Under the pieces are notes generated by a model. That model saw only the letters and a program-made list of their open reading frames with translations, had not been told where the DNA came from and did not search any database. The translations under genes and the position numbers were made by a program. From Raja brachyura (taxonomy: Eukaryota), in the NCBI GenBank assembly GCA_963514005.1, contig OY740782.1, positions 7,750,001 through 7,814,000 of the forward strand: DNA of 64,000 nt, in the 5' to 3' direction. Shown one piece after another: positions 25,233 through 39,059 of the stretch (positions are counted from its first letter, which is position 1; each line of letters starts with the position of its first letter).

Positions 25233-25429
25233 AGACACAAAGCTGGAGTAACTCAGTGGGTCAGGCAGCATCTCTGAAGAAAAGGAATAGGCGACTGAGT
25301 CTGAAGAAAGGTCTCGACCTGAAACGCCACCTATTCCTTTTCTCCAGAGATGCTGCCTAACCCGTTAAGTCACTCCAGTTTTTTGTGTCTATCTTCCGTT
25401 AAAAACCAGCTCCTTCAGTTCCTTCCTAC
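25233..25429. mobile_element. Penelope-derived hairpin element with hammerhead core and 16 bp TSD
   Basis: Inverted arms agacacaaagctggagtaactcag... / ...cactccagttttttgtgtct. Core ctgaaga-a-aggtctcgacct-gaaac at 25301-25325. Flanks agagattacagaatgt / agatattacagaatgt. Confidence 0.8.
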
Positions 25430-25459
25430 AGATATTACAGAATGTTGTGGGACAGGGAT

Positions 25460-26290
25460 CGGAGTATGGCCATGCACTTTGGTAGAAAAAATAAACGTGT
25501 AGGCTACTTTCTAAATGGAGATAAAATTCAGGAATCGGAGGCAAGGAGACTTGGGAGCGCTGGTGAAGGATTCCCAAAAGGTTAATTTGTAAGTTGATTT
25601 GGTATTAAGGAAGGCAAAGGCAATGTTACAACTCATTGTGAGAGGACTAGAATATTAAAGTAAGGATGTAATGCTGAGGCTTTATAAGGCGTTGGGCAGG
25701 CCGCATTTGGAATATTGTGAACCGTTTTGCTCCCCTTATCTGAGGAAGAATGTGCTGATGCTTGAGAGTGTCCAGAGGTGGTTTACGAGAATGATCCCAG
25801 GAATGATTGGCAGAATGATCCCAGGAATGATGGGGTTAATGTGTGAGGAGCGTTTTATGGCTCTGGGCCTGTACTCGCAGATGTTTAGAAGGATGGGGGG
25901 GGGGTAGAGGAGACTCATTGCAACCCACTGTATAATGATAGGCCTGGATAGAGTAGATATTTTTAGTTTAATTTAGAGATACAGCCATAGTTTAGAGATG
26001 TGGAAAGGATGTTTCCGGTAATAGAGCCTAGAACCAGAGGGCACAGCCTCCAAATAAAAGGCCATATCTTTAATCAGATGGTGTTGGATGTATGGAATTT
26101 ATTGCTACAGATGGCTATGGTGGCTGACATTAGGTATTTCTAAAGCAGAGATTGATAGGTTCTTGATTAGTAAGGGTGTCCGAGGTTATTGGGAGATGGT
26201 AGGAGAATGTGGAGAGGGAAAAATAGATCAGCTATGATTGAATGGCAGAGCATACTCGAGGCGCTGAATGGACTAATTCTGCTCCTGTGT
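25460..26290 (+). mobile_element. CR1 LINE 3' portion, older copy
   Basis: LRLYKALGRPHLEYC...VQRWFTRMIPG followed by the 3' UTR. Confidence 0.85.
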
Positions 26291-26913
26291 CTTATGGAGT
26301 GCATAAAGCATGCAAGTACATAATAGGAAGACCAATGCCTTTAGTTGCAAAGTGGTCTCGCTGTAACTGACTAAAACTGGTGTGACCATTACTAGAGTAT
26401 GGTTCCGTTTTGGCCGCCCTATTTAGGGAGGGATGAACCTGTATTGGAGATAGTTCACTAGAATTCCTAGATTGAAGGAGCAGTCTTGGGAGTGGATTGG
26501 CCCTTTCTGAATTTATAAGAATTATCATGGTCCTGTTGACATCTTATCCAGACAGATCAACTGTGATTAAACTTTTGCCACCTTCCCTTTACCACCACCT
26601 TCTTGGGTCATTCATTCGTATGTAACATAGCACCCTATAGCAGACACATCCTTCCTATACTTCTCTCACTGTTTACTGACTTCTGCGCTTGCTGGCAGGA
26701 TGGTTGGGTTTTTTTTTCTCCCAAAACAAACACTGAAGAAAGTTTACTTTAAATCCAGCCATCATAAATAAACAGCTGATGTGAGGTGTTTTTTTTTTTG
26801 GTTAACATGTCACATTACCCGGTTAATCCCAGGACTGAGTAAATGGGTGACTTAAGTTCAAGTGACTATTCGTTTTAATGATCGTGTTTCTCTTCAACCA
26901 TTACTGCCTGCAG

Positions 26914-27050
26914 ATGGTTTCCGTAAAGTTGTAAACATTGAACAAGGTGGACTTGTGAAACCAGAAAAGGACGATACGGAGTTTCAACATGTGTACTTCA
27001 TCCGGGGACAGGAACACTTGCTGGAAAATATCAAGAGAAAGGTGACAAAT
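26914..27050 (+). CDS. hsf1: HSF1 coding exon (exon 3), end of DNA-binding domain
   Basis: cctgcag| ... |gtaagt. (Y)[45 protein letters not shown]; 137 bp, phase-compatible with the previous exon. Confidence 0.96.
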
Positions 27051-28154
27051 GTAAGTGCAGGTTAAGTGTTGTTATGTTTTACGCCTTCTTGTTGTGAAAT
27101 ATTGGGTTTCAACTTTGCCTGTTGCGGCTTGCCCTTGAGAGGCACAGAAATTCACTATAATTTTTTCCATACCAAGTCCTGCTGCTCGCTGCACCAGCCA
27201 CTATAATTGCAGAGTTTTGCGGCTTGTAAATTGCTATGCTCGGCTATTGGTAGGTTTCCGGAGAGATGCCCCTGATCTGCAGTCTCCTGCACAATTGTCA
27301 GTTGGTGGAAGTTATTTTTGGAATGGATTAAAATTCAAGCTATGGTGCCTGAGAGACATTGAGGAATGCTGTTGCTGTGTTTACACTCCTGGGTCTGTGC
27401 TCCGTTCTCTCGATGCTTGTTGACTGGCTTTGCTGGGAAGCAGACAGATCATAGAGTCATAGATACACAGCATGGAAACAGGCCTGTGTCCAACATGTCG
27501 ACCAACATGTCCCATCTCTACTAGTCCCACCTGCCTGCATTTTGCCCATATCCCTCAGCCACATACTTAGCTTTTAAGTAATTAGACAAATGAAACCCCA
27601 TAGCTTTACAGAAGTTCCACCTTTCTTGGGGTTGTTAGGGCAATCCAACAATATTTTTAACGTTCCAAGCAGACTGGCTGCTATGCATCTCTAAATCTGA
27701 ACTTCACTGTGTGTAGCCAAATCACACCAGGTCATGATTCCTTTGCTGAGGGCAAATTCTGACAACATTTGGGCTTGTGTTTTAATTTCTTGAATGGGAA
27801 TGGGTTTCACTTACCGTGGCTGTTGTAATAATTGATTGCATCTTGAGTCTCTTTAACTCCAGAGAACCTTTCCGCCGGGTGAATTTGCATATCTTTGGTA
27901 GAATCTCACACTTAATTATTGATCTCTCAAGTTTTTTCCTGGGCGAAAACATGCATTTATTTAGAGGAAGGACCCATGTCTGAGCAGGTTCTTGGGAACC
28001 AATAAACTGGAAAACTTTGGGTTTGGTGCAGGGAGAGAATGAAAAGAATCTTCCTAGGAATCCTGGTTTAGAGCAAATTGTTACATGACTTTGTCTCATT
28101 GTTGATATTAGTTTTTCTACAGCCCAAGCTTATTATGTGAAAGAATAACATTGG

Positions 28155-28669
28155 TGGGCATGTCCCACTTAGGCATTTTTTTTCAGGCGACTGCCCGGTG
28201 ACTGTCAAGTTGTTAGCAGTCGCCTGAAAAACCAGTGTACGGCAAGTCCTTTAAAAGAGGGGGAAGAAGGAGTGGAGGCAACTTTTAAGAAGCCGGAGAT
28301 ACACGGCTGAGAAGCTCGGTGGACATTTGCATGACCGATCAGTTATCCTTGCTTCTGGAAACTACTGCTTACGTTTTTTTCCCCAATGATCCAATGAAAT
28401 TCGCCGATCAGCACCGGCTACAACCTACGAGTACCTTCGACCTCCTGGTAACGCACTAGGACTTCTTGGCGACCCACCTACGGCATGAGAATTCTCGCTA
28501 CTCTCCATGGCAGCTTCATCCTAGTGTTGAAAAATTCGCGGCACCCATAATGAGGCTAGTTCCCACAATGCGGGGACTCCTCACGACAATGAAGGCGACT
28601 CCCCGGCAACCACTCGCGAACATGTGGCGACTGCATAGTCTAAAAAGTCGCCTAAGTGGGACAGGCCCA
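28155..28669. mobile_element. MITE with tgggc(c/a)tgtcccacttaggc TIRs (PIF/Harbinger-like)
   Basis: tgggcatgtcccacttaggc at 28155 and gcctaagtgggacaggccca ending at 28669. Right flank is tta; the left TSD is not clean. Confidence 0.75.
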
Positions 28670-28729
28670 TTAGAGTTTTCAGTCTGATAATTCTCTGAAG
28701 AGAATGCACTGGGTTTTTTTTTTAAACAC

Positions 28730-29335
28730 TGAGCAGGGAGGTTCTACTTCAGTTGTACAGGGTCTTGGTGAGACCACACCTGGAGTATTGCGTACAGTTC
28801 TGGTCTCCAAATCTGAGGAAGGACATTATTGCCATAGAGGAAGTGCAGAGAAGGTTCACCAGACTGATTCCTGGGATGTCAGGACTGTCTAATGAAGAAA
28901 GACTGGATAGACTCGGTTTATACTCTCTAGAATTTAGGAGATTGAGAGGGGATCTTATAGAAACTTACAAAATTCTTAAGGGGTTGGACAGGCTAGATGC
29001 AGGAAGATTGTTCCCGATGTTGGGGAGGTCCAGGACAAGGGGTCACAGCTTAAGGATAAGGGGAAAATCCTTTAGGACCGAGATGAGAAGGACTTTTTTC
29101 ACAGAGAGTGGTGGGTCTCTGGAACTCTCTGCCACAGAGGGTAGTTGAGGCCAGTTCATTGGCTATATTTAAGAGGAAGTTAGATGTGGCCCTTGTGGCT
29201 AAGGGGATCAGAGGGTATGGAGAGAAGGCAGGTACGGGATACTGAGTTGGATGATCAGCCATGATCATATTGAATGGCGGTGCAGGCTCGAAGGGCCGAA
29301 TGGCCTACTCCTGCACCTATTTTCTATGTTTCTAC
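28730..29335 (+). mobile_element. CR1 LINE 3' portion
   Basis: ORF 28753-29148 ([13 protein letters not shown]...RGDLIETYK); 3' UTR ends in a tttctatgtttcta tail. Confidence 0.92.
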
Positions 29336-29442
29336 GATTTCATCGCCTCTGGTCAATACTGACCACTCCAGGCCAGGGGCTTTACAATGTGTCCAGTTGC
29401 CCTTCAACATGGGTGATGGTATTTCTCCCCCTCTTTTGTTAC

Positions 29443-29603
29443 ATGGAAACATAGAAAATAGGTGCAGGAGGAGGCCATTCGGCCCTTTGAGCCAGCACCG
29501 CCATTCATTGTGATCATGGCAGATTGTTCCCAATCAATAACCCGTGCCTGCCTTCTCCCCATATCCCTTGATTCCACTAGCCCCCTAGAGCTCTATCTAA
29601 CTC
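29443..29603 (-). mobile_element. CR1 3' end, tail-to-tail with the previous copy
   Basis: gaaacatagaaaataggtgcaggaggaggccattcggccc. Confidence 0.85.
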
Positions 29604-29710
29604 AAATAATGTTTGAATAATGTGGAAAGTGACCGTGTGAGTGTTCCTTGGATTGGTTTCATGGGTTGGCAGTGTTTTCTATTAATGGAACATTGTTTTA
29701 AAATTTGCAG

Positions 29711-29835
29711 ATATCAACAGTCAAGCCTGAAGAGCTGAAAGTCCGTTCAGACGATGTAGGTAAAATTCTAAGTGATGTCCAAATCATGAAAGGGAAGCAG
29801 GAAAATGTGGACAGCAAGCTGATAAACATGAAGCA
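29711..29835 (+). CDS. hsf1: HSF1 coding exon (exon 4), linker and start of HR-A
   Basis: ttgcag| ... |gtaagt. [41 protein letters not shown](H); 125 bp. Confidence 0.93.
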
Positions 29836-29989
29836 GTAAGTAGCTAAACATTGAAGTATGGAGGGTTCTTGGGGTACAAGTGGATAGCTCCCTGGACGTC
29901 ACAACACAAGTAGATCAGGTGGTTACATGCCTTTATCAGTGGGTGGCTGATGTGAAATAATGATTCGGCTGTATGAAATTATTTTAAGG

Positions 29990-30480
29990 CTGGCGATCCA
30001 GTATTGTACAAGAAGTCCAGGTATGACTTCCTGAAGGCCACCGAATGCATGGTAAGACAACTTGGAGCTTAGCTAAAGTCACAGATGGATGCCTCTCAAC
30101 TATCACCACCTGCAAGGCTAAACCGGGTAACCGGAAACGGCCATCACTTCCGGATGAGCTCAATACCTTTCATGCACACTTTGAAATGGGGTTCAATGAT
30201 GCATCTACACGAGCCCCCATAGCCCACGGTCACTTTGAGTTTACAGGATCGTTAGGGACTAATATCAGTCTTGAGTTTGACCTCAAAGCATCCTTTAAGA
30301 GGGTAAATCTACACAAATCATTGGGCCCATACAGTATACCTGGCCAAGTGCTAAAGATCTTTGTGGACCAGTTTGATGGAATAGTCAGCGCCTCACTTCT
30401 GATGACTGAGGTTCCCACCTACATCAAAGGGGCATTTATCTTGTCGGTGCCCCAAATTGACATCCCTTCATGACTACCAG
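29990..30480 (+). mobile_element. Degenerate Rex1-like ORF fragment
   Basis: SLPDELNTFHAHFE...SFKRVN.HK..GP..IPG.VLK; a similar remnant lies at ~20400-20720. Confidence 0.55.
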
Positions 30481-30484
30481 CTGG

Positions 30485-31105
30485 TATAGACAATAGCCAA
30501 CAGACAGTTGATGCAGGAGTAGGCCATTCGGACCTTCAAGCCACACCGCCGTTCAATGTGATCATGGCTGATCATCCACAATCAGTACCCCGTTCCTGCC
30601 TTCTCCCCACATCCCCTGATTCCACTATCTTCAAGAGCCCTATCTAGCTCTCTCTTGAAAGTATCCAGAGAACCGGCCTCCACCGTCCTCTGAGGCAGAG
30701 AATTCCATAGACTCGCAACTCGTGTGTGAAAAAGTGTTTCCTCGTGTCCGTTCTAAATGGCTTACTCCTTATTCTTAAACTGTGGCCCCTGGTTCTGAAC
30801 TCCCCCAACATCGGGAACATGTTTCCTGCCTCTAGCGTGTCCAAACCCTTAATAATCTTATATGTTTCAATAAGATCCCCTCTCATCCTTCTAAACTCCA
30901 GTGTGTACAAGCCCAGCTGCTCCATTCTCTCAGCATATGACAGTCCCGCCATCCCGGGAATTAACCTTGTAAACCTACGCTGCACTCCCTCAATAGCAAG
31001 AATGTCCTTCCTCAAATTTGGAGACGAAAACTGCACATAATACACCAGGTGTTCTCACTAAGGCCCTGTACAACCACAGAACTGTACTCAACTCCCCTTG
31101 TTATG
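30485..31105 (-). mobile_element. CR1 LINE 3' portion
   Basis: ORF 30644-31045 plus 3' UTR with an atagacaatag tail. Confidence 0.9.
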
Positions 31106-31114
31106 AACTAGCAT

Positions 31115-31908
31115 CCACCCCATAATGGAAAAGGGAGAGCCAGTGGATGTGGTGTATTTGGACTTTCAAAAAGCCTTTGACAAGGTCCCATACAAGATTG
31201 GTGTGCAAAACTAGAGCACATGGTATTGGGGGTAGGGTATTGGCATGGATAGAGAACTGGTTGGCAGACAGGAAACAAAAAGTTGAAATTAACAGGTCCT
31301 TTTCAGAATGGTAGGCCGTGACCAGTTGTTTACAATATATATTCATGATTTAGACGAGAAGGAATTATATGTAACATCTCTAAGTTTGCGGATGCCACAA
31401 AGCTGGGTGGCAGTGTGAGCTGCGATGAGAATGCCATGAGGCTGCAGGGTGACCTGAACATGTTGGGCGAGTGGACAGGTGCATGGCAGATGCAGTAATG
31501 TAGATAAATGTGAGGTTATCCACTTTGGTGGCAAGAACAGGAAAGCAGATTATCATCTGAATGTTGTCAGATTAGGAGAAGGGGAGGTACAACAAGACCT
31601 GGATGCCCTTGTACATCAGTCACTGAAATGAAGCACGCAGGTACAGCAGGCAGTGAAGAAAACTAATGGTATGTTGGCCTTCATTGTGAAAGGATTTGAG
31701 TTTAGGAGCCAAGAGGTCCTACTGCAGTTGTACTAGGCCCTGGTGAGATTGCACCTGGAGTATTGTGTGCAATTTTGGTCTCCTAATTTGAGGAAGGACA
31801 TTATTGCTATTGAGGGAGTGCAGCGTAGGTTCACCAGGTTAATTCCCGGGATAGCGGGACTGACACATGATGGAAGAATGCGTCAACTGGGCTTGTATTT
31901 GCTGGAAT
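31115..31908 (+). mobile_element. CR1 RT fragment, back-to-back with the previous copy
   Basis: [37 protein letters not shown]. Confidence 0.88.
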
Positions 31909-33199
31909 CTAACAGCTTTTTCACCCCGGTAATTTCCTCTTCCCTTTCCCATCGGACAGAAGATCCAAAAACTTGAAAGCACGTACCTCCAGATTCAGGA
32001 ACAGCTTCTTCCCATTTCTTATCCGACTATTGAATGGTCCTCTCATTAGCAAGAGTGTCACTGCGATCTTCCAACCTATCTCACTGCACTTTTTTTAGAC
32101 ACTTTCACTGTAACTGTAATGCTACAATGCTGTAACACTTAATAGATGGCAGTCATCTCCATGAAGTTTTAATTTGAGGTTTAAAATAAGCATCTTTGAC
32201 CACCAATGATTGATGGTGCACTCTGCTGCATTAAACTATTATGGCTTGAAATACACCAGTGAGGTATCAACTTGTTTTGAGTCGGTAGAAAAGCTTATAA
32301 TGTGAGATGTATGTTGGAATTATTTTAAAACCAGGATTCAGCACCATTCCCCTGCTGCCCATGAATTGAGGGAACACATACTCCTCGTTGCTCTGGGTCT
32401 CAGTCACGTATCATAAACAGTACAGGACCAGAACGGTTGTATCAGCCCATGACGTCAGGCCGAGATACACTGACCTTCTCTGCTTGCGTGTGATGCATAT
32501 CGTTCCATTCCCTGCAAACCTATGTGTCCGTCTAAAACTATCGTATCTGCTTCCACCGCTACTCCTGGCTGTGCATTCCAGGCACTCTCCACGCTCTGTC
32601 TTCATAAATAAAAAAAAATCTTGCTCTACGCTCCTCTAAACTTTTCCCATTGCCTTAAAGCTGTGTCCTCTAATCATTGACTTTTCCACCCTCTGGGGGG
32701 AAAAAGGTTCTAACTCCTCCCTGCCCATGCCTCTCATAATTTGAATACACTTTTATCAGGTCTCCCCTCCACCTCCGAAGCTCTATAGAAAACAATCCAA
32801 GTTTGTCCATCCGCATCAGGGTGTCAGGGGTTATGGGGAGAAGGCAGGAGAATGGGGTTCGGAGGGAGAAGTAAATCAACTATGATTGAACGACAGAGTA
32901 GACTTGATGGAATCAAGAGAAGCAGCACAGCAGCAATAAGTGTAGAAACCCTCGTAGTGCTCACACTATCAAGTGCACTCACTTCTTTCACTTGACAACA
33001 TACAACATGCTGTCCTTGGGTAAAATCAGAAACTTACAACTATTGTTCCCTGTTGCAAAATCCAACTGCAAAGATGTTTGGGAAGGTACGTGTTGCATTT
33101 GTAACACAACGTTAAAAAGCTATTTACCAAATACTGATTCTGATTTCTTTTTGCATTATTGTGCATTTTTGGCAATAAAGCACAACAAATGCTTGAGCG

Positions 33200-34090
33200 A
33201 AATGCACCTTATAATCAAATCGAGTATATTGTCATATGCTCAAGTACAGTGATGTAGAGGTACAATGAAAACCTTGCTTCCAGAAGCATTACAGGTACAT
33301 AGATAAAGACAATGCACAAAAATGTAAATCATACATAAATTATAATAAATTCTTCATAAAAACAGTGGAAAAGATTGCAAAAATAAACAATTAAAATAAA
33401 GCTTTATGGTGGTGGAAGAAGTTGTCCGAGGTAGGGTTAGGGTTGTGCAGATTGGTTCAAGAGCCTGACAGTTGTGGGAAAATTACTGTTCCTGACCATG
33501 GTGGCATCTGACCTCGGGCTTCTGTTGCTCCTGCCTGACCATAGCAGTAAAAGGTGTAGCACGACCCAGCTGTTGGGGTTCCGTGTTGCTAGACGCCACC
33601 ATCTTGAGGCAGCTTTTGATGGTGGATAAGGGTTGTGTCCACCGCTCTCAGAACTTCTTGCATTTGAATGCATTGGAATTTTGTATCAGACTACTATGCT
33701 ACCAGTCAGGATACTTTCTAAGTGCATCTCCTGGAGTTTAAGTGTATTCAGTGAAAAGCCAGATCCCTTTAAAGTTCTGAGAAAATAGAGGCTCTGGCTC
33801 ATGTATGTGCTGTGCCCAGAGCAGTCATCTGAGATGTGAACATCTAGGAATTTAAAGCTGCTATCTCTCCACCGCCGATCCAACAATGACACTGGCGTGT
33901 GGTCTCCGACTTCCCCTTTCTGAAGTCATTAATTAGTTCCTTGTTGAGCGTGGGGTTGTTGTGGCACCACTCATGAAGGTTTTCTATCTCCACTGGGTGT
34001 TGACTCATCACCACCCGTGAGATGGCCAACGACAGTGGTGTCGTCTCATTTATCGACGGCATTGAAGCCGTGCTTGCGAAGCAAAACTCT
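33200..34090 (-). mobile_element. Old Rex1-like LINE fragment
   Basis: WCHNN..LN.ELI.DFRK, FKFL.VHIS, LYFLR.L, ESILTG.I.VW remnants. Confidence 0.6.
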
Positions 34091-34661
34091 GTTAGTCTGG
34101 CATTACGGGGATATTGGCTGTGCCAGACCAGTGGAGTTTGTGGACTACTGGATGCTATTCTAATTAATGCCAATAAAATAGACGTTACATAGTAACATTT
34201 CCAGTGAACACAGTTAGTTTCAAACGAGTGCACAAAACAAGGACTCGGTGAGTTTAAACATGAATCGAGTGAAGGTGGTGCAAGAACCAGGGCACTGGTG
34301 AACAAAAGGGTTTGTCTGAATCTGCACCTGCCAGGCCAGATGACAACCATTCCAGCTCAATGATCGAACAGTGGATTATTGGTTAGACTGTAAATCAGCG
34401 TTAAGTGTCGTATATATCACATGTGGGATGTTCATTTTCACAATAAGTAGTTATGCCGTGGAGAGTTACAACTGCCATGTGAAACATGAAGCCCCTGCCT
34501 ATTACTCCCCCCCCCCCCCCCCCCCCAACAGCTCATAGCACAGCACCCGCTAAGCAGGGTGGATCAAAGTGTAAGCGAGAAATAATGAAGGGGCACTCTT
34601 TAGTCAGGGACTCAAGAAAGGTGTTACTGTGGCCGAGATGCAGATGCTGGTTTAAACCAAA

Positions 34662-35067
34662 TGTTTAAGAAGGAACTGCAGATGCTGGAAAATTTGAAGG
34701 TAGACAAAAATGCTGGAGAAACTCAGCCGGTGAGGCAGCATCTATGGAGTGTAGGAAACAGGCAACATTTTGGGTCGAAATCCTTCTTCAGACTGAAGAA
34801 ACGTTGACTATTTCCTTCCCTCCATAGATGCTGCCTCACCCACTGAGTTTCTCCAGCATTTTGGTGTACCTGGTTCAAACCAAAATTAGACACAAAAAAC
34901 TGGAGTAACTCAGCGGGTCAGGCAACATCTCTGGAGAAACGGAATAGGTGACGGTTCAGGTTGAGACCCTTCTTCAGAAGAAAGGTCTCGACCCAAAATG
35001 TTACCTATTCCTTTTCTCCAGAGATGCTGTCTGACCCTCTGAGTTACTCCAGCTTTTTGTGTCTATA
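34662..35067. mobile_element. Two nested Penelope-derived hairpin elements inside an old CR1 ORF1 fragment
   Basis: Palindromic insert 34662-34869 is flanked by ctggtttaaaccaaa (34647-34661) and ctggttcaaaccaaa (34870-34884). A second palindrome spans 34888-35065. CR1 ORF1 esterase sequence (...IYIGTND) resumes at ~35070. Confidence 0.8.
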
Positions 35068-36472
35068 TCTTCCAGGATGATGGTGCCAACATCCAGAATG
35101 TGTCGGAGTTGCCACAGGATATTCTGAAACTGGATGGTGAGCAGTCAGAGGTCATGATCTATATTGGTACTAATGATACAGGCAGGAAGGGGGATGAGGT
35201 CCTGAGCCAACTTTGGTAAAAAGTTACAAACATGACCTCAATTATGTAATCTTGAGATAGTTATATAAATATTAGGTGAATAAAATCATGAAGGGCATCA
35301 ATAATGTGAATGGTCATGGTGTTTTTCACATGGTAGAGTAGTGGAGTCTAAAACTAGAGGACATAGATTTAAAGTGAGGAGGAAGGATTTAAAAGGGATC
35401 TGAGAGGCGACTCTTTTTCACATGGAGGCTGGTGGGTAAGTGGAAAAACCTGCCAGTGGGAGTGGCAGAGGTGGGTACCATTAAAACTTTTTTTTTAAAC
35501 TTTGGATGGATACATGTAATGGTACAATTGAAAGAAATATGGGCAGATTAATGAGGGTAACTTGGGTAGGCAAAAGGGTCAGCATACATGTTGGGCCGAA
35601 GGTCCTGTTTCCATGCTGTTTTACTCTGTGACACTAACCCAGAGTAACATAGGACTGTAGTGGAGTACGTTCGACCTCTGCTTAGACCCCAAAAATTGCC
35701 CCTCATATTCTTATTCAATCTGAGGATTGGAAACAATTTACAACTCAGCAAAGCAGAACCAGAACCTGTTTTTGCTTTTATTTTTGATTTCCAGCATCTG
35801 CAGGTCAGGCAGCATCGCAGGAGAATGTGGATAGGTGATGTTTTGGGTTTGGGACCCTTCTTCAGACTTGTTATTTGTGGAGAGAAGGAGTAAACAGGGA
35901 GCATGTATGTTAGAGTTTAGAAGATTGAAAGGAGAACCCATCAAAACCTCTAAAAGGATGGATGCAGGGTGTTGTTTTCCCTGACTTGGGACTCTTGGGG
36001 ACCAGAGGGGCACAGTTTGAGAATATAGTGGAGGCCATTTATTACTGAGCTGAGGTTATATTTCCTCATTCAGAAGGCAGTTAACTTGTGGAATTCTCTA
36101 CCATGGCTGACGGGGTTGCTCAGAGTTCACTCAAAACAAGGAACAAACGGGTATCCATTGCAGAGTAGGTTTTGGCACAAGTGCTGCTAGGTCGGATTTG
36201 TAGAAATGGGTACTTGTTGATCGACCTTGATATGTGAGCCCAAGAAGCTGTTTGTGCTGTATGACTATGATACATCCTTGATTAGTGCTGGAAAATGGGG
36301 CCAAAGAAGATCAGCTGTGATATTGATGGATGTTAGAGCAGGCTCGGGGTGTCCTGTTCAAATGTTCATCAATATCATGACTGATCTTCTACCTCTGTGT
36401 TAATTGACAGCACCACACTTGCTGTGGTTTAGAACATCGAACAGTACAGTAGCAAGAGATGTCTGTAGCATT

Positions 36473-36562
36473 CTGAAGAAGGGTCTCGACTTGAAACGTC
36501 ACCCGTTCCTTCTCTCCAGAGGTGCAGCCTGTCCCGCTGAGTTACTCCAACATTTTGTGTCT
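36473..36562 (+). ncRNA. Putative minimal type I hammerhead ribozyme core in a Penelope-terminus fragment
   Basis: CUGAAGA-A-GGGUC-UC-GACUU-GAAAC-GUC at 36473-36500: conserved boxes, helix II with G-U pairs, short palindromic helix III (ACGU) and a GUC cleavage triplet. Helix I is uncertain. Confidence 0.5.
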
Positions 36563-37175
36563 ACTATGGAACAGCACAGGACAGTCCACAGTGTTTTTGG
36601 CGAACATGACACCGTTAATCTCTGCCTGCATAGATCTATATCCCTCTATATTCCATGCATAATAAAACATGCTCATGAATTCAAGGAAATATAGCAGTAA
36701 TGAGTATAGTCATCCTTCCATTGCTACGAATGTTACTGATCAGTATCATTAGGTCATTTTAATTAAAATGAAGGAGCCTTCTATTGCTCAGTTTAATCCG
36801 AGCTGCAAAGCTAATTCAGGGAGCTGATTTAAGATGATGTAATCCCGGTTATTCATGAGCAAAGAACCCGGAGACACAAGGAACTGCAGATGCTAGAATG
36901 TTGAGTGAGACACAAAGTGCTGGTGTAATTCAACAGGTTAGGCAGCAGCTTCAGACTGAAGAAGGGTCCCGACCGAAAACGCCGCCTATCCCTTCCATAG
37001 TGCTGCCTGACCCACAAAGCAACTCCAGCTAAGATTTAGTGCTGCTTGACACCATTCTGCATGCATTCTTGCCATAGGATTGTGAATCCAATCACACGTG
37101 CTCTTTGATCATGCAGTGCCATCTGTTTAGTGATGATCTTGCATTATTAATGTTAATGTTTCTTGCTATTTGCAG

Positions 37176-37251
37176 TGAAAATGAAGCATTGTGGCGTGAG
37201 GTGGCCAGCCTGCGACAGAAACATGCCCAACAGCAGAAAGTCGTAAATAAG
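37176..37251 (+). CDS. hsf1: HSF1 coding exon (exon 5), HR-A/B
   Basis: ttgcag| ... |gtgagg. (H)[25 protein letters not shown]; 76 bp. Confidence 0.96.
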
Positions 37252-39059
37252 GTGAGGGACTGGAAAACAACCTGGCGGGGTGGGGGTGGTTAAGTGAAAG
37301 TTGTGCTCCGCTAAGCTGGCCCAACACCAAGGTTGATTTTTTTCAGCAGTGCTTGTGGGTCAGGTTCCATTTTGTAGCCAAAGCACTAAGAGGAATTTAG
37401 TTCACTGCGCAAACAGTTGCCAAGTTTACCGTTTGCACTCGGGGTTATCGTGACTAGTTAACCTGTGACCTTGTCTCGCCAATGTAATTCACAGCGCTAT
37501 TTTTGTTCTGCGGGATTCCTGTTGCTTGCCCACGCCATTCCTCTTCCCTGTCCTGACCCCATACCCAGATACTTTCTCCAAAACAAAAGGAGAGACAGAT
37601 TTATGGGATGCTACCATAATGTACTATAAACGCAGCAAATACTGGAAACACACAGCAGGGCAGGCACCATCAGTGGAATGAGGAACAGAGCTAACATTGC
37701 AGGTCGAAGGACATCACTAGTGGCTATGACAGCAAGGAAGTCCGTTTATAAGTTGCAGAGAAGGTGTGAAGGGTGTGGGGTGATGGATAGGACAAAGGGG
37801 ATATCTGTCAGTCGAGGTCAGGGTTGCCATGCCATATGTTGCAGGTCATTTAGTTGAAGGGGGCATTTGTAGGGAGAGAAGTGGAGCAAAGACAGAGGTG
37901 AAGGCAGTTAGGAAGTGAGATGCCAAAGAAAGGAATGTGAATGGGTACAAATACAGGGCTGCAGGGCATTGCCACCTGTGGTTAATGGACAGAGAACATT
38001 TGATCCAGTATCACAGATGAATGACGTGCAACATAAGTGACCAGTTCTGATGCAGAGAGAGAAAGCAAGTTGTGGAATTCAGTCTCAAGTCCAGAAGGCT
38101 GCAAAGTGCTCACACAAAAGGTAAAGTACTGTTTCTCAAACTTGCAATGAGTCTTATTAAGAGTTCAGGGAAGCCACAGTTGTGTTGCAGTGGGAGTGGG
38201 TAAGAGAATAGAAAAGGAGGGGACCTGGAGCTCCAAACCAGACCCGACTGTTTCTGCTGTTTGCCATGCATCTGTTATATTAGCTCAGATTTTCCTCTTG
38301 CGTTTAACCCAGCCTGATTTGCTGATCATGTCCTGTAGTCTTCATCCTGGGATTTTAATTCCTTTTCTTTTGTCCAGGTGCCCCCCTTAATTCATTAACT
38401 GCATGGGCTGTGCAGCCTCTCCCCACAGTAACCCTGGCCTATTCCCTTTCTTTTATCTATCTTTACCTTATTTATCTGCAATTTAATACCTGCTCAATGA
38501 CCAGCTCCTTTGTTTTGCTGACAATGAGGGAAACAACAACTTAACATGCTACACATCTCGATCTCAGAGGGTGGTGCGTACATGGAACAAACTTCCCAAG
38601 CAAGTGGTAGAGCCAGGTACTGTAACAACATTTAAAAGACACTTGGACCCGTACATGGATCTGAAAGATTTAGAGGGATAAGATCCTGGAACAAGTATTT
38701 GGGGCTAGTTCATTTGGGCAACTTGGTTGGCATGGCAAGTTCACCAAAAGGCCTGTTTGCTCTAGTTGAGAGATACAGTATAGAAACGGACCCTTCAATC
38801 CACCATAGATCACCGATTCACTCTAGGTTATCTCTGTCTGCTTCGTTGTCACCTTCTTCTGGCTAACAATCTATTCTGCATTTTCCTTTGATGTCTTGTT
38901 TTCACACCTTACTCTTCCTTATCTCTGTGATTCCCTCTCCGTCTGACAAAGGGTCTTGACCCGTAACATCACCCATTCCTTCTATCCAGAGATGCTGCCT
39001 GTTACGCTGAGTTACTCCAGCACTTTGTGTCCACCCATTCACACTATTTCTTTTTCCCA

